Part shown: one piece after another, positions 7,451 through 16,326 of the stretch
Layout: each line of letters begins with the position of its first letter
How positions within the stretch are numbered: position 1 is the first letter of the stretch
Position numbers and translations under genes: made by a program
Source: a virus
Lineage: Duplodnaviria > Caudoviricetes
DNA: 64,000 nucleotides
Reading direction: 5' to 3' (one strand)
IMG/VR virus record: IMGVR_UViG_3300046786_000293
Span: 1-64,000 of that record
Notes under the pieces: model-generated
Database searches by the model: none
The model's input: the letters and a program-made list of their open reading frames with translations, nothing else
Told to the model about the DNA's origin: nothing

Positions 7451-7642
7451 AAAACCTGCGGCTTCTTCTTTTGCAATCGCCAGATCCTTCAATTCAGCAA
7501 GAGCTTCTTCCTCAGTATCGAACCCGCAAGCATCATAGGAGCCATCGTACATCTTGACATAGTACGGACCGTTTCCGGGACTTGCTTCGGTGTCAATACC
7601 AACTTCGCCAACGCCTTCGATAACACGAGTAACTTGATCCAT
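7442..7642 (-). CDS. Small acidic hypothetical protein (cassette gene)
   Basis: Start MDQVTRV after GGAG. Confidence 0.8.
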   Translation of the reverse strand: MDQVTRVIEGVGEVGIDTEASPGNGPYYVKMYDGSYDACGFDTEEEALAELKDLAIAKEEAAGFVY

Positions 7643-7672
7643 TTTGTGCTCCTTCTTCCTTACTATGTCTAT

Positions 7673-7728
7673 ATTATAGCAAATTCGGGAATTTCGGTCA
7701 ACCAAAAAAAGTAATACTTTGGTATTAA
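7673..7728 (-). promoter_or_regulatory. Repeated cassette promoter with palindrome
   Basis: TTGACC-17-TATAAT; GTAATAC-TTTG-GTATTAA at 7711-7728. Confidence 0.9.
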
Positions 7729-7976
7729 CTATTAACAGTTTCGTAAGGACTGTAGATTTCCACAGCATCGGGGTTACTACGGACCCGGGTTACGTACTCA
7801 TTTTCCAGCAAAACACGGTCCCGGATAGCATTGTACACGCTAACGGGACTGTATAAAACCACAGTATGTTGAACTCCGCCGCCGTATTTGACACGGGACG
7901 ATTCAACGCGGCCCTTGACAGGAATAGATCCCATATAGTTGCCTTCGACGTGCATACCTTCCAAATTCCAGGACAT
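7725..7976 (-). CDS. Hypothetical protein (cassette gene)
   Basis: AGGAG RBS; own promoter. Confidence 0.8.
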   Translation of the reverse strand: MSWNLEGMHVEGNYMGSIPVKGRVESSRVKYGGGVQHTVVLYSPVSVYNAIRDRVLLENEYVTRVRSNPDAVEIYSPYETVNS

Positions 7977-8005
7977 ATGAACTCCTTGTTGCTTACAATA
8001 CCATA

Positions 8006-8038
8006 ATTATAGCAAAATAGGGAATTTCGAGCAACCAA
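8006..8038 (-). promoter_or_regulatory. Repeated cassette promoter (TTGCTC variant)
   Basis: TTGGTTGCTC-17-TATAAT. Confidence 0.85.
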
Positions 8039-8053
8039 AAAAGGTGTTGTTTT

Positions 8054-8413
8054 TTAGCTACAGATTTCGTTTGACAATCGTTGTGCTATGCTTTTTTGCT
8101 TACGCATATTGGCAGGCTGTCCAGTACCCAAATCGTCGTGTGTAAACATTCCGTACAATGTAATGACATTGCCATCCACTTTGTAGACTATGCTTAAATC
8201 TAAATTTAAATGAGCGTGTCGTATACCTGGTACAGCCTGTGTAAAAAATCCTGCACTTAAAAAAGGTTTATCACTTTTACCAAACTGCTGATTAGGATTA
8301 GTACGCTTTACTTCCATGAACTGGCGAAGCTTTTCTTTTAGTTGAGGATAAGGTTTGATCCTACTAAAGTAAGTTTCTTTATAAAGTTCACATCGACGAA
8401 ACGTTGTTTCCAT
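8054..8413 (-). CDS. YafQ/RelE-family mRNA interferase-like protein
   Basis: D-K-P...GIRHAHL..DLSIVYKV....TLY...THDDLG matches the YafQ pattern DHPL...GYRDAHVEPDWILIYKL...GTHAALFG. Confidence 0.72.
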   Translation of the reverse strand: METTFRRCELYKETYFSRIKPYPQLKEKLRQFMEVKRTNPNQQFGKSDKPFLSAGFFTQAVPGIRHAHLNLDLSIVYKVDGNVITLYGMFTHDDLGTGQPANMRKQKSIAQRLSNEICS

Positions 8414-8601
8414 TATTCCTGATCCCACGCATCCATTTCTGCCAGAAGTTCTTCATATGACATGGGTTTGGACCAGTTACAACTTTGTTCTTGTTGAACA
8501 ACACGCACGAGATCCTCTGTCTGGAAATTAGTGTCATTATTTTTGTCAATAGTTTCCGTTAGAGATTTTGTACTAGATACTTTAACTTCATTAATCTTCA
8601 T
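8413..8601 (-). CDS. Small acidic protein, candidate antitoxin
   Basis: 62 aa; TAATG overlap with the toxin start; acidic tail SYEELLAEMDAWDQE. Confidence 0.55.
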   Translation of the reverse strand: MKINEVKVSSTKSLTETIDKNNDTNFQTEDLVRVVQQEQSCNWSKPMSYEELLAEMDAWDQE

Positions 8602-8614
8602 ATAGATATTTACC

Positions 8615-9190
8615 TTACCACGGCAATTCACCACGCTTGCGTTTCAAATGAGTTTCAGTATTACAGTAAGGCCAAAGTGCAGGAATAACACGTTTTTCAA
8701 TACGTCCGATATCTGTACCGGAGAGATGATCCAAGTTCCAAACCATTACAGTTAGTTTATCTACATCAACTCGATGTCGAACTGGAAAGTCTAGTACACC
8801 AGGCGCAACTTTCTTGCGCCCAATACGTTGCCAGTGACTGGGAATTTCCGTAACACCTTCCACAATATATTTGCAAACTCCTGCCTTCCACCCTTCGGGA
8901 AACTGCCATTTGGGCTCTACTTTTTCCACAGGGGTACTGTAAAGTGTGGCAAGATCCACGTCTAGCTTGGGACGATGGGTGTGGTGGCGATTAATAACTG
9001 TATTAGTTGCCGCTTTACCAAAGTAAAAATTTACTTCAGGATAGATGAAGTAGAGACCGCGATGGTCTCCAACTTCTCCGCGATTAATGGCACCTTCAGT
9101 AGTTGCATAGGGCTCAACCCATGCAATACCCAAGTCTTCAAACACTTTACGAATTGTCGCTGTCTGATGTTGTGTTAACATTTTTACCAC
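8615..9190 (-). CDS. GIY-YIG-like nuclease
   Basis: GLYFIY...FYFGKA...NRH motif. Confidence 0.6.
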   Translation of the reverse strand: MVKMLTQHQTATIRKVFEDLGIAWVEPYATTEGAINRGEVGDHRGLYFIYPEVNFYFGKAATNTVINRHHTHRPKLDVDLATLYSTPVEKVEPKWQFPEGWKAGVCKYIVEGVTEIPSHWQRIGRKKVAPGVLDFPVRHRVDVDKLTVMVWNLDHLSGTDIGRIEKRVIPALWPYCNTETHLKRKRGELPW

Positions 9191-9623
9191 GCTTATAATC
9201 TTCGTTAAGAATAGTTTTATCGCTGTTACAGTCTAAGCAAAGGCTTTGAATGTTTTCTTTCGTATCATCGCCGCCATCTGCTTGACGAATCTTATGGTCC
9301 CCGATAATGCGATTACGACATAGTCTAAAAAACTTGTCGGGGTCAGATTCACGCAGACCCGGGTATCTCTTTTCGACCTCAACGCTTACATCTTTGCCAC
9401 AGTCAGCACATATCCATTCTCTATGAAATGTATGTGGCCTATCCATACGTCCGGGACCACCATACTCAATTTGGGCGAGTTGATGGTCACGGCAAAGTCG
9501 ATTCGATCCTGGACCTTGCATATTTGTCAAAGGCTTGTTGCATCCAGGAATGGAGCAAGTATGACCTAGCTCCTTCCTAATTTGAGCAAGACTTTTAGGC
9601 TTGTCAAATTTAAACAGTTTCAT
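9147..9623 (-). CDS. HNH endonuclease with zinc-binding Cys pairs
   Basis: DHKIRQADGGDDTKENIQSLCLDCNSDKT; CSIPGC and CADC. Confidence 0.85.
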   Translation of the reverse strand: MKLFKFDKPKSLAQIRKELGHTCSIPGCNKPLTNMQGPGSNRLCRDHQLAQIEYGGPGRMDRPHTFHREWICADCGKDVSVEVEKRYPGLRESDPDKFFRLCRNRIIGDHKIRQADGGDDTKENIQSLCLDCNSDKTILNEDYKRGKNVNTTSDSDNS

Positions 9624-10792
9624 TAGAACAAGTCTCCTGCGTCAGGAATAAACTCACTGCTAGTATTACTGGCCAATTTAGCAAAGCCTTTAACATCTTG
9701 CTTAATTTGTTCTGCAAGGAATGGGAAACCATGAATGGGCTCTTTGTTGCAACGAGGCGTACCATAAACAATATGTGCCGCATGCCAATTGCTATATGCT
9801 CGGCTAACTTTGGCCCAGAAGCGACTGCTAGGACTAAAGTCTGCACCCCATTTAGTCATTGCAAGACCTGCAACATCAAACACTTGTTGTTGCGTGAGCT
9901 TAAGTTTAGCAAGGCGGCAACGTTCGAAGAAGTAGGCCATCATAACCATTTCCTTCTCCTCAACTGCACGATGCTGAGCACCTACTGCAACCAAGTAGTC
10001 GCAAAGCCAAGCAAGGCTTTCAGTGTCCATCTTGTTAATTTCTTGCATACGACTAATTGCACCAGGCATATGGTCGTCACCAAACTTTTTGCTAGTTAGG
10101 AACAACCCGCGGCTTTCGACAATTTGTTGCTTTTGTTCTGCCAGCATCCACAAAGGATTTTGGCTACCATCAACCCGTACACCATAAATCATTTGCTCGA
10201 TCTTGTCAAACAAGTCCAGCATCTTTTTACCTTCTTCGCTGTTCAAGTCAATAAAGCAACCACGCATTTCGCTCTTTTGATGGCTAGCATAAACATTGAC
10301 AGGAATTTCGAAGTCTGTGGGATCTTCGGCAAACACCTGCGTACAGATAAGCCACAACAACACCAAGGTGTGTTGCCCGTCCCACGCTAGGTACTGCTCA
10401 ACATCGGGATCGGGTTGATATACATGAATGGGGATAACTTTTGTGGAAACAAACATGGTCAGCAAAGTCAACACCCAAGCAATATTGAGTTGACGTTGCA
10501 TAGTGTCGTCGATACAAACTTGACTCATTTTAACAGTCCAAGCCTTGGCCAACTGCTTCTTAAGGTCTTTGGTACCTTTGATGCTAGGATGGCGACGTCG
10601 GAATTCTGCAATAGCCGCACTTAGTGCGATATTAATGGCCTGTTGTTGAATCTTGGGAAGTGCATTGTATGTTTCGTCCCATCGTTGTTTAATGGTACGA
10701 ATTTGGCTTGCAGTTAGTGAAAAGCGGGCATTTTTCTGAGCCGCATAGGTTTGAGTCGTAGTTTGACTAGACCCGTTTTGAAAGTTCATCAT
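9623..10792 (-). CDS. ParB/Srx-like DGQH-motif protein
   Basis: IDDTMQRQL...IHVYQP...YLAWDGQHT. Confidence 0.65.
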   Translation of the reverse strand: MMNFQNGSSQTTTQTYAAQKNARFSLTASQIRTIKQRWDETYNALPKIQQQAINIALSAAIAEFRRRHPSIKGTKDLKKQLAKAWTVKMSQVCIDDTMQRQLNIAWVLTLLTMFVSTKVIPIHVYQPDPDVEQYLAWDGQHTLVLLWLICTQVFAEDPTDFEIPVNVYASHQKSEMRGCFIDLNSEEGKKMLDLFDKIEQMIYGVRVDGSQNPLWMLAEQKQQIVESRGLFLTSKKFGDDHMPGAISRMQEINKMDTESLAWLCDYLVAVGAQHRAVEEKEMVMMAYFFERCRLAKLKLTQQQVFDVAGLAMTKWGADFSPSSRFWAKVSRAYSNWHAAHIVYGTPRCNKEPIHGFPFLAEQIKQDVKGFAKLASNTSSEFIPDAGDLF

Positions 10793-10878
10793 TTTGGTTA
10801 CTCCAGTTTTGATTGAATATACACACAACGGCGTGTGTATGTTATTAATATAACATCAACTGGGTAACCTGTCAACCT

Positions 10879-11154
10879 TTATTTTACCAAATTTTGCATT
10901 TGGCGGCGTTGTTCTTCTGTTTGTCCCGGCAAGGGCTGAACTTGATTTTGTTTTGGCAAGGGCACTGGCTCAGCAACCCGTACAATTTGGTAGGGATTGT
11001 AAGGAACTTTAAGTTTATTCCAATAGTCTGGGGGAATAGGATTGGGCTCACAGCGTGGGCATTGAACCACATGGTCTCGATAATACGTATACTGAGGAGG
11101 TTTTGATGCACATCCTGCCAAAAGTAATACTAAAGTGTATAGGTAGATCTTCAT
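10879..11154 (-). CDS. Putative lipoprotein
   Basis: Lipobox LLAGC; Pro-rich; promoter TTGACT-17-TATAAT at 11189-11161. Confidence 0.75.
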   Translation of the reverse strand: MKIYLYTLVLLLAGCASKPPQYTYYRDHVVQCPRCEPNPIPPDYWNKLKVPYNPYQIVRVAEPVPLPKQNQVQPLPGQTEEQRRQMQNLVK

Positions 11155-11191
11155 ACCTATATTATACACTAGTTCGAAATAAAAGTCAAAT

Positions 11192-13039
11192 TTATTTTTT
11201 AAATCGGGCTTGCAGTATCTGCTTGAGTACTTGAACCGTGTAAGGATCGGTCGATGGAAGGATAGATTTTTGAACTAAAGCAAACCCAATATATCCGCTT
11301 CTGTTATTGTATAAACGTTGTACTCCTTTATCGGAGTATTCCATGACATCTTTAATTTGTGCCTCGTTCGTTGGGGACAAAGTTACAGTGATAAAGTTTT
11401 GTTCTGGTAATTGTTGTGCCTGTGCTTTTCTTTCGGGATTTTGCATAGTATTAACTATCAGTTGCTTGGCTTCTCCGCTGTTAGTTTGTGTGCTATGAAT
11501 TTGATATTGGTTCAATCCTAATTGCAGTGAATTAATTAGCGTACTAAGTTTTGACCTACCAGTGGTCATTATTTCGAGTTTGAACACTGGCAGACCTTTA
11601 GTTCTAAGATAGGTTGATAGATTTGACTCAGCAGGCGTCGTAGGTTGTGATATTTTTGCTAACTTAGTTTGATACTCTTTAGCGTAGGCATTGGGATCTG
11701 CGGCTATAATCATTGCACGAATAAAACGACCTACAGTATTTGCTATCTTGGCATAGTCTGCTAAGTAGTCTCCGCCTGCGTGTCTAAAGCTAATATATTT
11801 GCCATTGTTGCTGATACTGGCAGTATGCGAGCGTGTGGCATCATCGGCCATTCTTTGTAGGAAAACAAGTCTTGATTTTTGATCTTGGCTAGCTCTGCCG
11901 AGACTGTGTTGTAGTTGTTTTTCAGAACTAACAGCATATCTACTATCTAAACGATTAAACTGTTTTAGAACATATTGATCGCCCAAGAATACAGCCAACT
12001 TAAGTATATCTAATTTTTCTGGGATACTTATATTGATATGAATACCAGTACTGCTATTTGTATATAAGTTTAATTGTTGTGCCATGCCATAGAAATTCTT
12101 CAATGCCATCATAGCTTCACTGGCACCCAGAGGTGGGCTAACAATTTCCGCGGCGCCATCGTCATCGTTGTCAGGAGTTAAACTACCGTCAGGCTCTATG
12201 TACCAGTCTTTAAGATTTTTATCTTTTTCGTGATAGTCACTGAACACTCTAACAGGACGGCCAAATGCTCTCTTAACGGCAGGCCTTAATACTTTGGTTG
12301 CACCCTCATAGTCATATCCGTAGTCATAATCATCGTAGTCATAATCGGCATTATAGTCGTCTAGTTCTAATTGTTTATAAACTACAGTAGGATCATAATC
12401 AAATAAACGAGTAAACATACTATCGTTGTAATCCTTGCCTAAGTATTCAGTCAATACATGTCCCCATTCTAAGTAAGCGGCTGTATTGTATAATTGTTCT
12501 GCTAGATTTTGTAATGGCCTGGATCTTGTATTATATCTAGCATAATAACTTAGTTCGGACCCTAGACTTTTACCAAACTTTAGTATAGCAAAAGGATCGT
12601 TGTCACGAAAGTTTATTCTAGACCCTCGTTTGATTTTGGAAATTAATGTTTTTCTGATCTCTTCAGGAATCTGATCAAAAAGAGACCTAATAGCTTTGAT
12701 TTTTTTATCTAATAACGCATCACCGGCGGCTTCAATGGATTCGTAGTTTGTTTTAATTCCGGGCCTTAACTTGAATAATGCGTTGAAATTTTGCACACTA
12801 CTCAGGCCATCGAAATCTCTTTCAGTCCAAAAATCACTAGTTGAAAAAATCTCTTGTACTTTACGTTGATCTATTACTTTTCCGCCTTTGCCCATAGATG
12901 CAGCAGGTACTAGAACTTCAAACTCAAATCCAACTAATACGCCTTTTGTTTGCCCTTGCTCGGCCGCGGCAGCAAATGCGCCAGGATTCATGGCAACTTC
13001 GTCTATAGTGGATTCTGTAAAAAGATCGTATAACTTCAT
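11192..13039 (-). CDS. Putative amidoligase (COOH-NH2 ligase type 2) domain protein, copy 2
   Basis: GFEFEV, IEPDGSL, AEIVSPPL, TNSSTGIHINIS. Confidence 0.8.
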   Translation of the reverse strand: MKLYDLFTESTIDEVAMNPGAFAAAAEQGQTKGVLVGFEFEVLVPAASMGKGGKVIDQRKVQEIFSTSDFWTERDFDGLSSVQNFNALFKLRPGIKTNYESIEAAGDALLDKKIKAIRSLFDQIPEEIRKTLISKIKRGSRINFRDNDPFAILKFGKSLGSELSYYARYNTRSRPLQNLAEQLYNTAAYLEWGHVLTEYLGKDYNDSMFTRLFDYDPTVVYKQLELDDYNADYDYDDYDYGYDYEGATKVLRPAVKRAFGRPVRVFSDYHEKDKNLKDWYIEPDGSLTPDNDDDGAAEIVSPPLGASEAMMALKNFYGMAQQLNLYTNSSTGIHINISIPEKLDILKLAVFLGDQYVLKQFNRLDSRYAVSSEKQLQHSLGRASQDQKSRLVFLQRMADDATRSHTASISNNGKYISFRHAGGDYLADYAKIANTVGRFIRAMIIAADPNAYAKEYQTKLAKISQPTTPAESNLSTYLRTKGLPVFKLEIMTTGRSKLSTLINSLQLGLNQYQIHSTQTNSGEAKQLIVNTMQNPERKAQAQQLPEQNFITVTLSPTNEAQIKDVMEYSDKGVQRLYNNRSGYIGFALVQKSILPSTDPYTVQVLKQILQARFKK

Positions 13040-13047
13040 AGATGTAT

Positions 13048-13596
13048 TTATTGGTTTCTTATTCTATCAAAGAAGCTACGTGGCGGCGGTCCTTTAACTT
13101 CACCGTGTCTTCGATGTTGTCCGGCATAGTCATAGTAACGTCCTACAACATCAAAAGCTGGAGCAAAGAAAATAGCAGCAGGCATTAAACTAGATTGACG
13201 CAATAGGCCAACTCTTTTCTTACCCTCGGGTGCAGGTTCAATTCTTGATGTTTTATCGTTAACTGGTTGCAACCATGCATCGGGTCTGATACGAACTAAA
13301 AACACGTAGGGATTCTCAGTTGCATATGCGTTTTTGTTTTTTAGATAATATTTAAGTGGATAAAACCAAAGTGCTCGACGACCTTTGCCAGTACCAATGT
13401 AGTCAGGTTTAAAATTGGGATCATCTACATCAGGTGAACGAGCGAACGGCTGTTTGGCACTATAACCAAGGCGGTCTACCCCTGTAAAACGCACAAAGTA
13501 TTCATTAGGATTGCCGCCATGCTTTCTTACATCAGCAATGATTTGATCCCTGACGGAAGGAACTTTGGCTTCCTGGATAATGTCCGATGCTCGCAT
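13048..13596 (-). CDS. Hypothetical, probably virion-packaged protein
   Basis: Start MRASDIIQEA overlaps the upstream stop (TAATG); lies between two amidoligases. Confidence 0.8.
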   Translation of the reverse strand: MRASDIIQEAKVPSVRDQIIADVRKHGGNPNEYFVRFTGVDRLGYSAKQPFARSPDVDDPNFKPDYIGTGKGRRALWFYPLKYYLKNKNAYATENPYVFLVRIRPDAWLQPVNDKTSRIEPAPEGKKRVGLLRQSSLMPAAIFFAPAFDVVGRYYDYAGQHRRHGEVKGPPPRSFFDRIRNQ

Positions 13597-16253
13597 TAGG
13601 CTTCTCTCCACAAAGGCACAACTTCGAATCCTTCACCTGTCACGCCCATACCATTGTCTCTCAGCCATTGGGCAGCAATTCTGTTGGCATCACCTTGATT
13701 GTTGCCTATACCGTGAATCTGTGTAACTTCTCTGCCGTTAGGTAGTCTCACTGACCAGCCAACAAGTTCACGGCCAGTACCTAAAGGTCTTGGCGGTGTT
13801 CGTTGCGGTGCTATTTCTATATCTAAAGGCACTTCTGGGATTTGTTGTGCTGGATGTCTTAGACGAACATCGTAAAGGTTAGGATCTAATCCTAAGTCTC
13901 GCAGGATAGATTCAGCTTCTTGTTCGGCAGCAGCTTGGTTGGCTGCCCTAAATCCTGTGAGTTGGCTGCGATCGCTGATCTTGAAGATAATGTATTCTGT
14001 GCCACTGCTGGATTGTTGTTGTGCCGCACGTTGACGCTGTCGATCCAAGGTACTACCGGGAATTGGAGGTTGTCCGCGAGTCATTTGTGGATCGTAATGA
14101 ATATCCACATCGTCACCAGGATGCTCTTGTTGCCATTGTACTAACACATTGTTAGCATCGTCGGCACTGGCTGCGTTGAATCTAAACAACGGAACTGGGG
14201 GGTTTTCTCCTCGTCGAGCAAGAATAAAAGAACCTTCCGGATTAGTTTCTCGACTGCCTATTGCCGGGCCTTGTTGTCTAGCTGTTTGTGAAATCGCACG
14301 ATATCCATAGTTTTCAGTCTCGAGCGGTAGGCCATTGAGATCCAACCATTGACCGTATTTGCGAGCTGCGTCTTGATCAGTGTTGGCAATAAACACCATT
14401 TGTCTACGTCCTGTTCTGCGGTCTACAATTTCATAGTTTGCATCGCCTGTTTGGTCAGGCCACCCTAGACGATTTTCGTAGTCTGTTTGTGATGGAGTAT
14501 TAAAGTTGCCGCGCCCCACTGGTTGCGGTTCTCCTACTGTGGCTCTAACAGGACTATCATCATATGGTCGGATAGGTCTGATATCTACCGTACTAATATT
14601 TGCGGCTTGGGAATCAGTCAATCCCCATTCTCTTGCAGCCGCTAACTTAGCCTCGGCTTTGTTCTTAGCCACAACTTCCATACGCTGTCCATTGTAAGGA
14701 ACATTCCACCACCAGGATTGACCGCCTAGCGGATCCTTGGCAATCTTGCGTTCTAGCTGTGCTTGTCGAATAAAACTCTTAAGTGCAGTCTTGGGCAACT
14801 CTCCTGCGGCAAACTTAGCAAAATAACTTAGCGTATCTTCTTTGCTCTTAGGTTGTAGTAAGTTATATAATTTTTTAAGATACTCTTGACGATATTTTTC
14901 AGGATCTACAGCAGCATCCATGGCTACTACAAAGCGTAGTAGTGTGGGTTTGATCTTTGCAAAGTATGCATCATTTAACCAATCGCCTCCGGGACTACGA
15001 AATTCAATACGATTGTCTTTGGTATTGATACTGGTGTACTTGCTAGTAACGCCGCTGTGAATTGCTTTGCTGGCTAACTTATTAAGTCCATTCTTCATTG
15101 ACTGTAATAATGCACCGGCATCTTCGGGACGTTGTTGAACACGCTTTTTAACTTCGTCCATTGCACTCTTACAGTAAGTATTGCCAGCTCGTTCGAATTG
15201 ATCTAGTACATACTTGTCACCTAGCAACAATGCCAGTTTTACATAGTCTAGATTATTTAAATCGTAGCCCGGAACACTGACGTTAATATGTAATCCTGTA
15301 CTATCATTAGTGTAACAACCTTCGGCATCGGCCCACTTTTTGACTTGATCTAAGTCTTTGAACATTTCGTCTAATGCCAGTGGCGGGCTAACAAATTCTA
15401 ATCCTGCATCTGTGCTATCGTCAGGTTCTAAGCTGCCATCAGGCTCTACAATATAATAGTCTGAGCCTGTAGTTTGTCTACCTACGCTGCCGCTGTGATA
15501 TCCTGAACTACCTTTAACTCGTCTACCAATGGCGTTTTCAAAATTATCTGCTACATCGCTAATACTTTGTTCGCCACCTGTGTTCATACTGCGCCAGTGT
15601 GGCCATTCGACTATGTTGTCGTATCTATGCATGACATCTTGCATGGTCTCTAGACCTTCGCTTGAAAGCCACTCTGACTCTTGACCTCTATCGCCTACAT
15701 ATTCGCTTTGTGCTTCATCTCTGGCATCATCATACCAAGAAGATGAATTGGAATCTTCAATTACTCTTTCTGCGGCACTCTGATAGTCTTGCTTGGTAGG
15801 ATCGTTTTCCAGTACTTCTTCTGCTTCACCACCGTCTAGTTCAAGTATTTCCACAATGTCCCGGGCATTAGCATTGAGTCTTAGATACTCGTAAACTAAT
15901 TCGAATTGATTTTCCATCCAGTATTCATCAAAATGCTCTATGGCCCAATTGGCATAATCTTCGTGCATTGCAGTTTCTAGACGTTCTACTGCTCTGCGCC
16001 CATTATAATCTCCGTCGTAGAAAAAATTGTATGCATCTCGAATACTGTCTACGCTTTCATCTTCGTCAAAGTCAGGTTCTCTATCGCCCCCATCGTCATC
16101 GTCGTTTTCCACATTGGGCACGATCATTTCAAATTCCATACCTGCTCGGGCATCAATTTGACTGGCAATTTTTTCCAGATTGCTGGGACTCATGTTTATT
16201 TCAAACAGGTCTTCTTCGGATTCTATTAGTTTTTTAACTTCATTAAAGCGCAT
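13596..16253 (-). CDS. Putative amidoligase domain protein with C-terminal repeated modules, copy 1
   Basis: GMEFEM, VEPDGSL, GLEFVSPPL, TNDSTGLHINVS, RIEFRSPGG; start MRFNEV. Confidence 0.82.
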   Translation of the reverse strand: MRFNEVKKLIESEEDLFEINMSPSNLEKIASQIDARAGMEFEMIVPNVENDDDDGGDREPDFDEDESVDSIRDAYNFFYDGDYNGRRAVERLETAMHEDYANWAIEHFDEYWMENQFELVYEYLRLNANARDIVEILELDGGEAEEVLENDPTKQDYQSAAERVIEDSNSSSWYDDARDEAQSEYVGDRGQESEWLSSEGLETMQDVMHRYDNIVEWPHWRSMNTGGEQSISDVADNFENAIGRRVKGSSGYHSGSVGRQTTGSDYYIVEPDGSLEPDDSTDAGLEFVSPPLALDEMFKDLDQVKKWADAEGCYTNDSTGLHINVSVPGYDLNNLDYVKLALLLGDKYVLDQFERAGNTYCKSAMDEVKKRVQQRPEDAGALLQSMKNGLNKLASKAIHSGVTSKYTSINTKDNRIEFRSPGGDWLNDAYFAKIKPTLLRFVVAMDAAVDPEKYRQEYLKKLYNLLQPKSKEDTLSYFAKFAAGELPKTALKSFIRQAQLERKIAKDPLGGQSWWWNVPYNGQRMEVVAKNKAEAKLAAAREWGLTDSQAANISTVDIRPIRPYDDSPVRATVGEPQPVGRGNFNTPSQTDYENRLGWPDQTGDANYEIVDRRTGRRQMVFIANTDQDAARKYGQWLDLNGLPLETENYGYRAISQTARQQGPAIGSRETNPEGSFILARRGENPPVPLFRFNAASADDANNVLVQWQQEHPGDDVDIHYDPQMTRGQPPIPGSTLDRQRQRAAQQQSSSGTEYIIFKISDRSQLTGFRAANQAAAEQEAESILRDLGLDPNLYDVRLRHPAQQIPEVPLDIEIAPQRTPPRPLGTGRELVGWSVRLPNGREVTQIHGIGNNQGDANRIAAQWLRDNGMGVTGEGFEVVPLWREA

Positions 16254-16275
16254 AGTTATGTATTTAGCGCCCAAT

Positions 16276-16301
16276 AAAAAAGGACTACCGAAGCAGTCCT
16301 T
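16276..16301 (-). terminator. Rho-independent terminator
   Basis: AGGACT...AGTCCT hairpin with T-run on the minus strand. Confidence 0.75.
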
Positions 16302-16326
16302 GAAGTAAAAAGACTATGCCTCTGAA

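Noticed and set aside
6400-8050. Integron cassette array
   Set aside because: The boundaries lack the attC RYYYAAC/GTTRRRY architecture, each cassette has its own promoter, and no IntI is seen.
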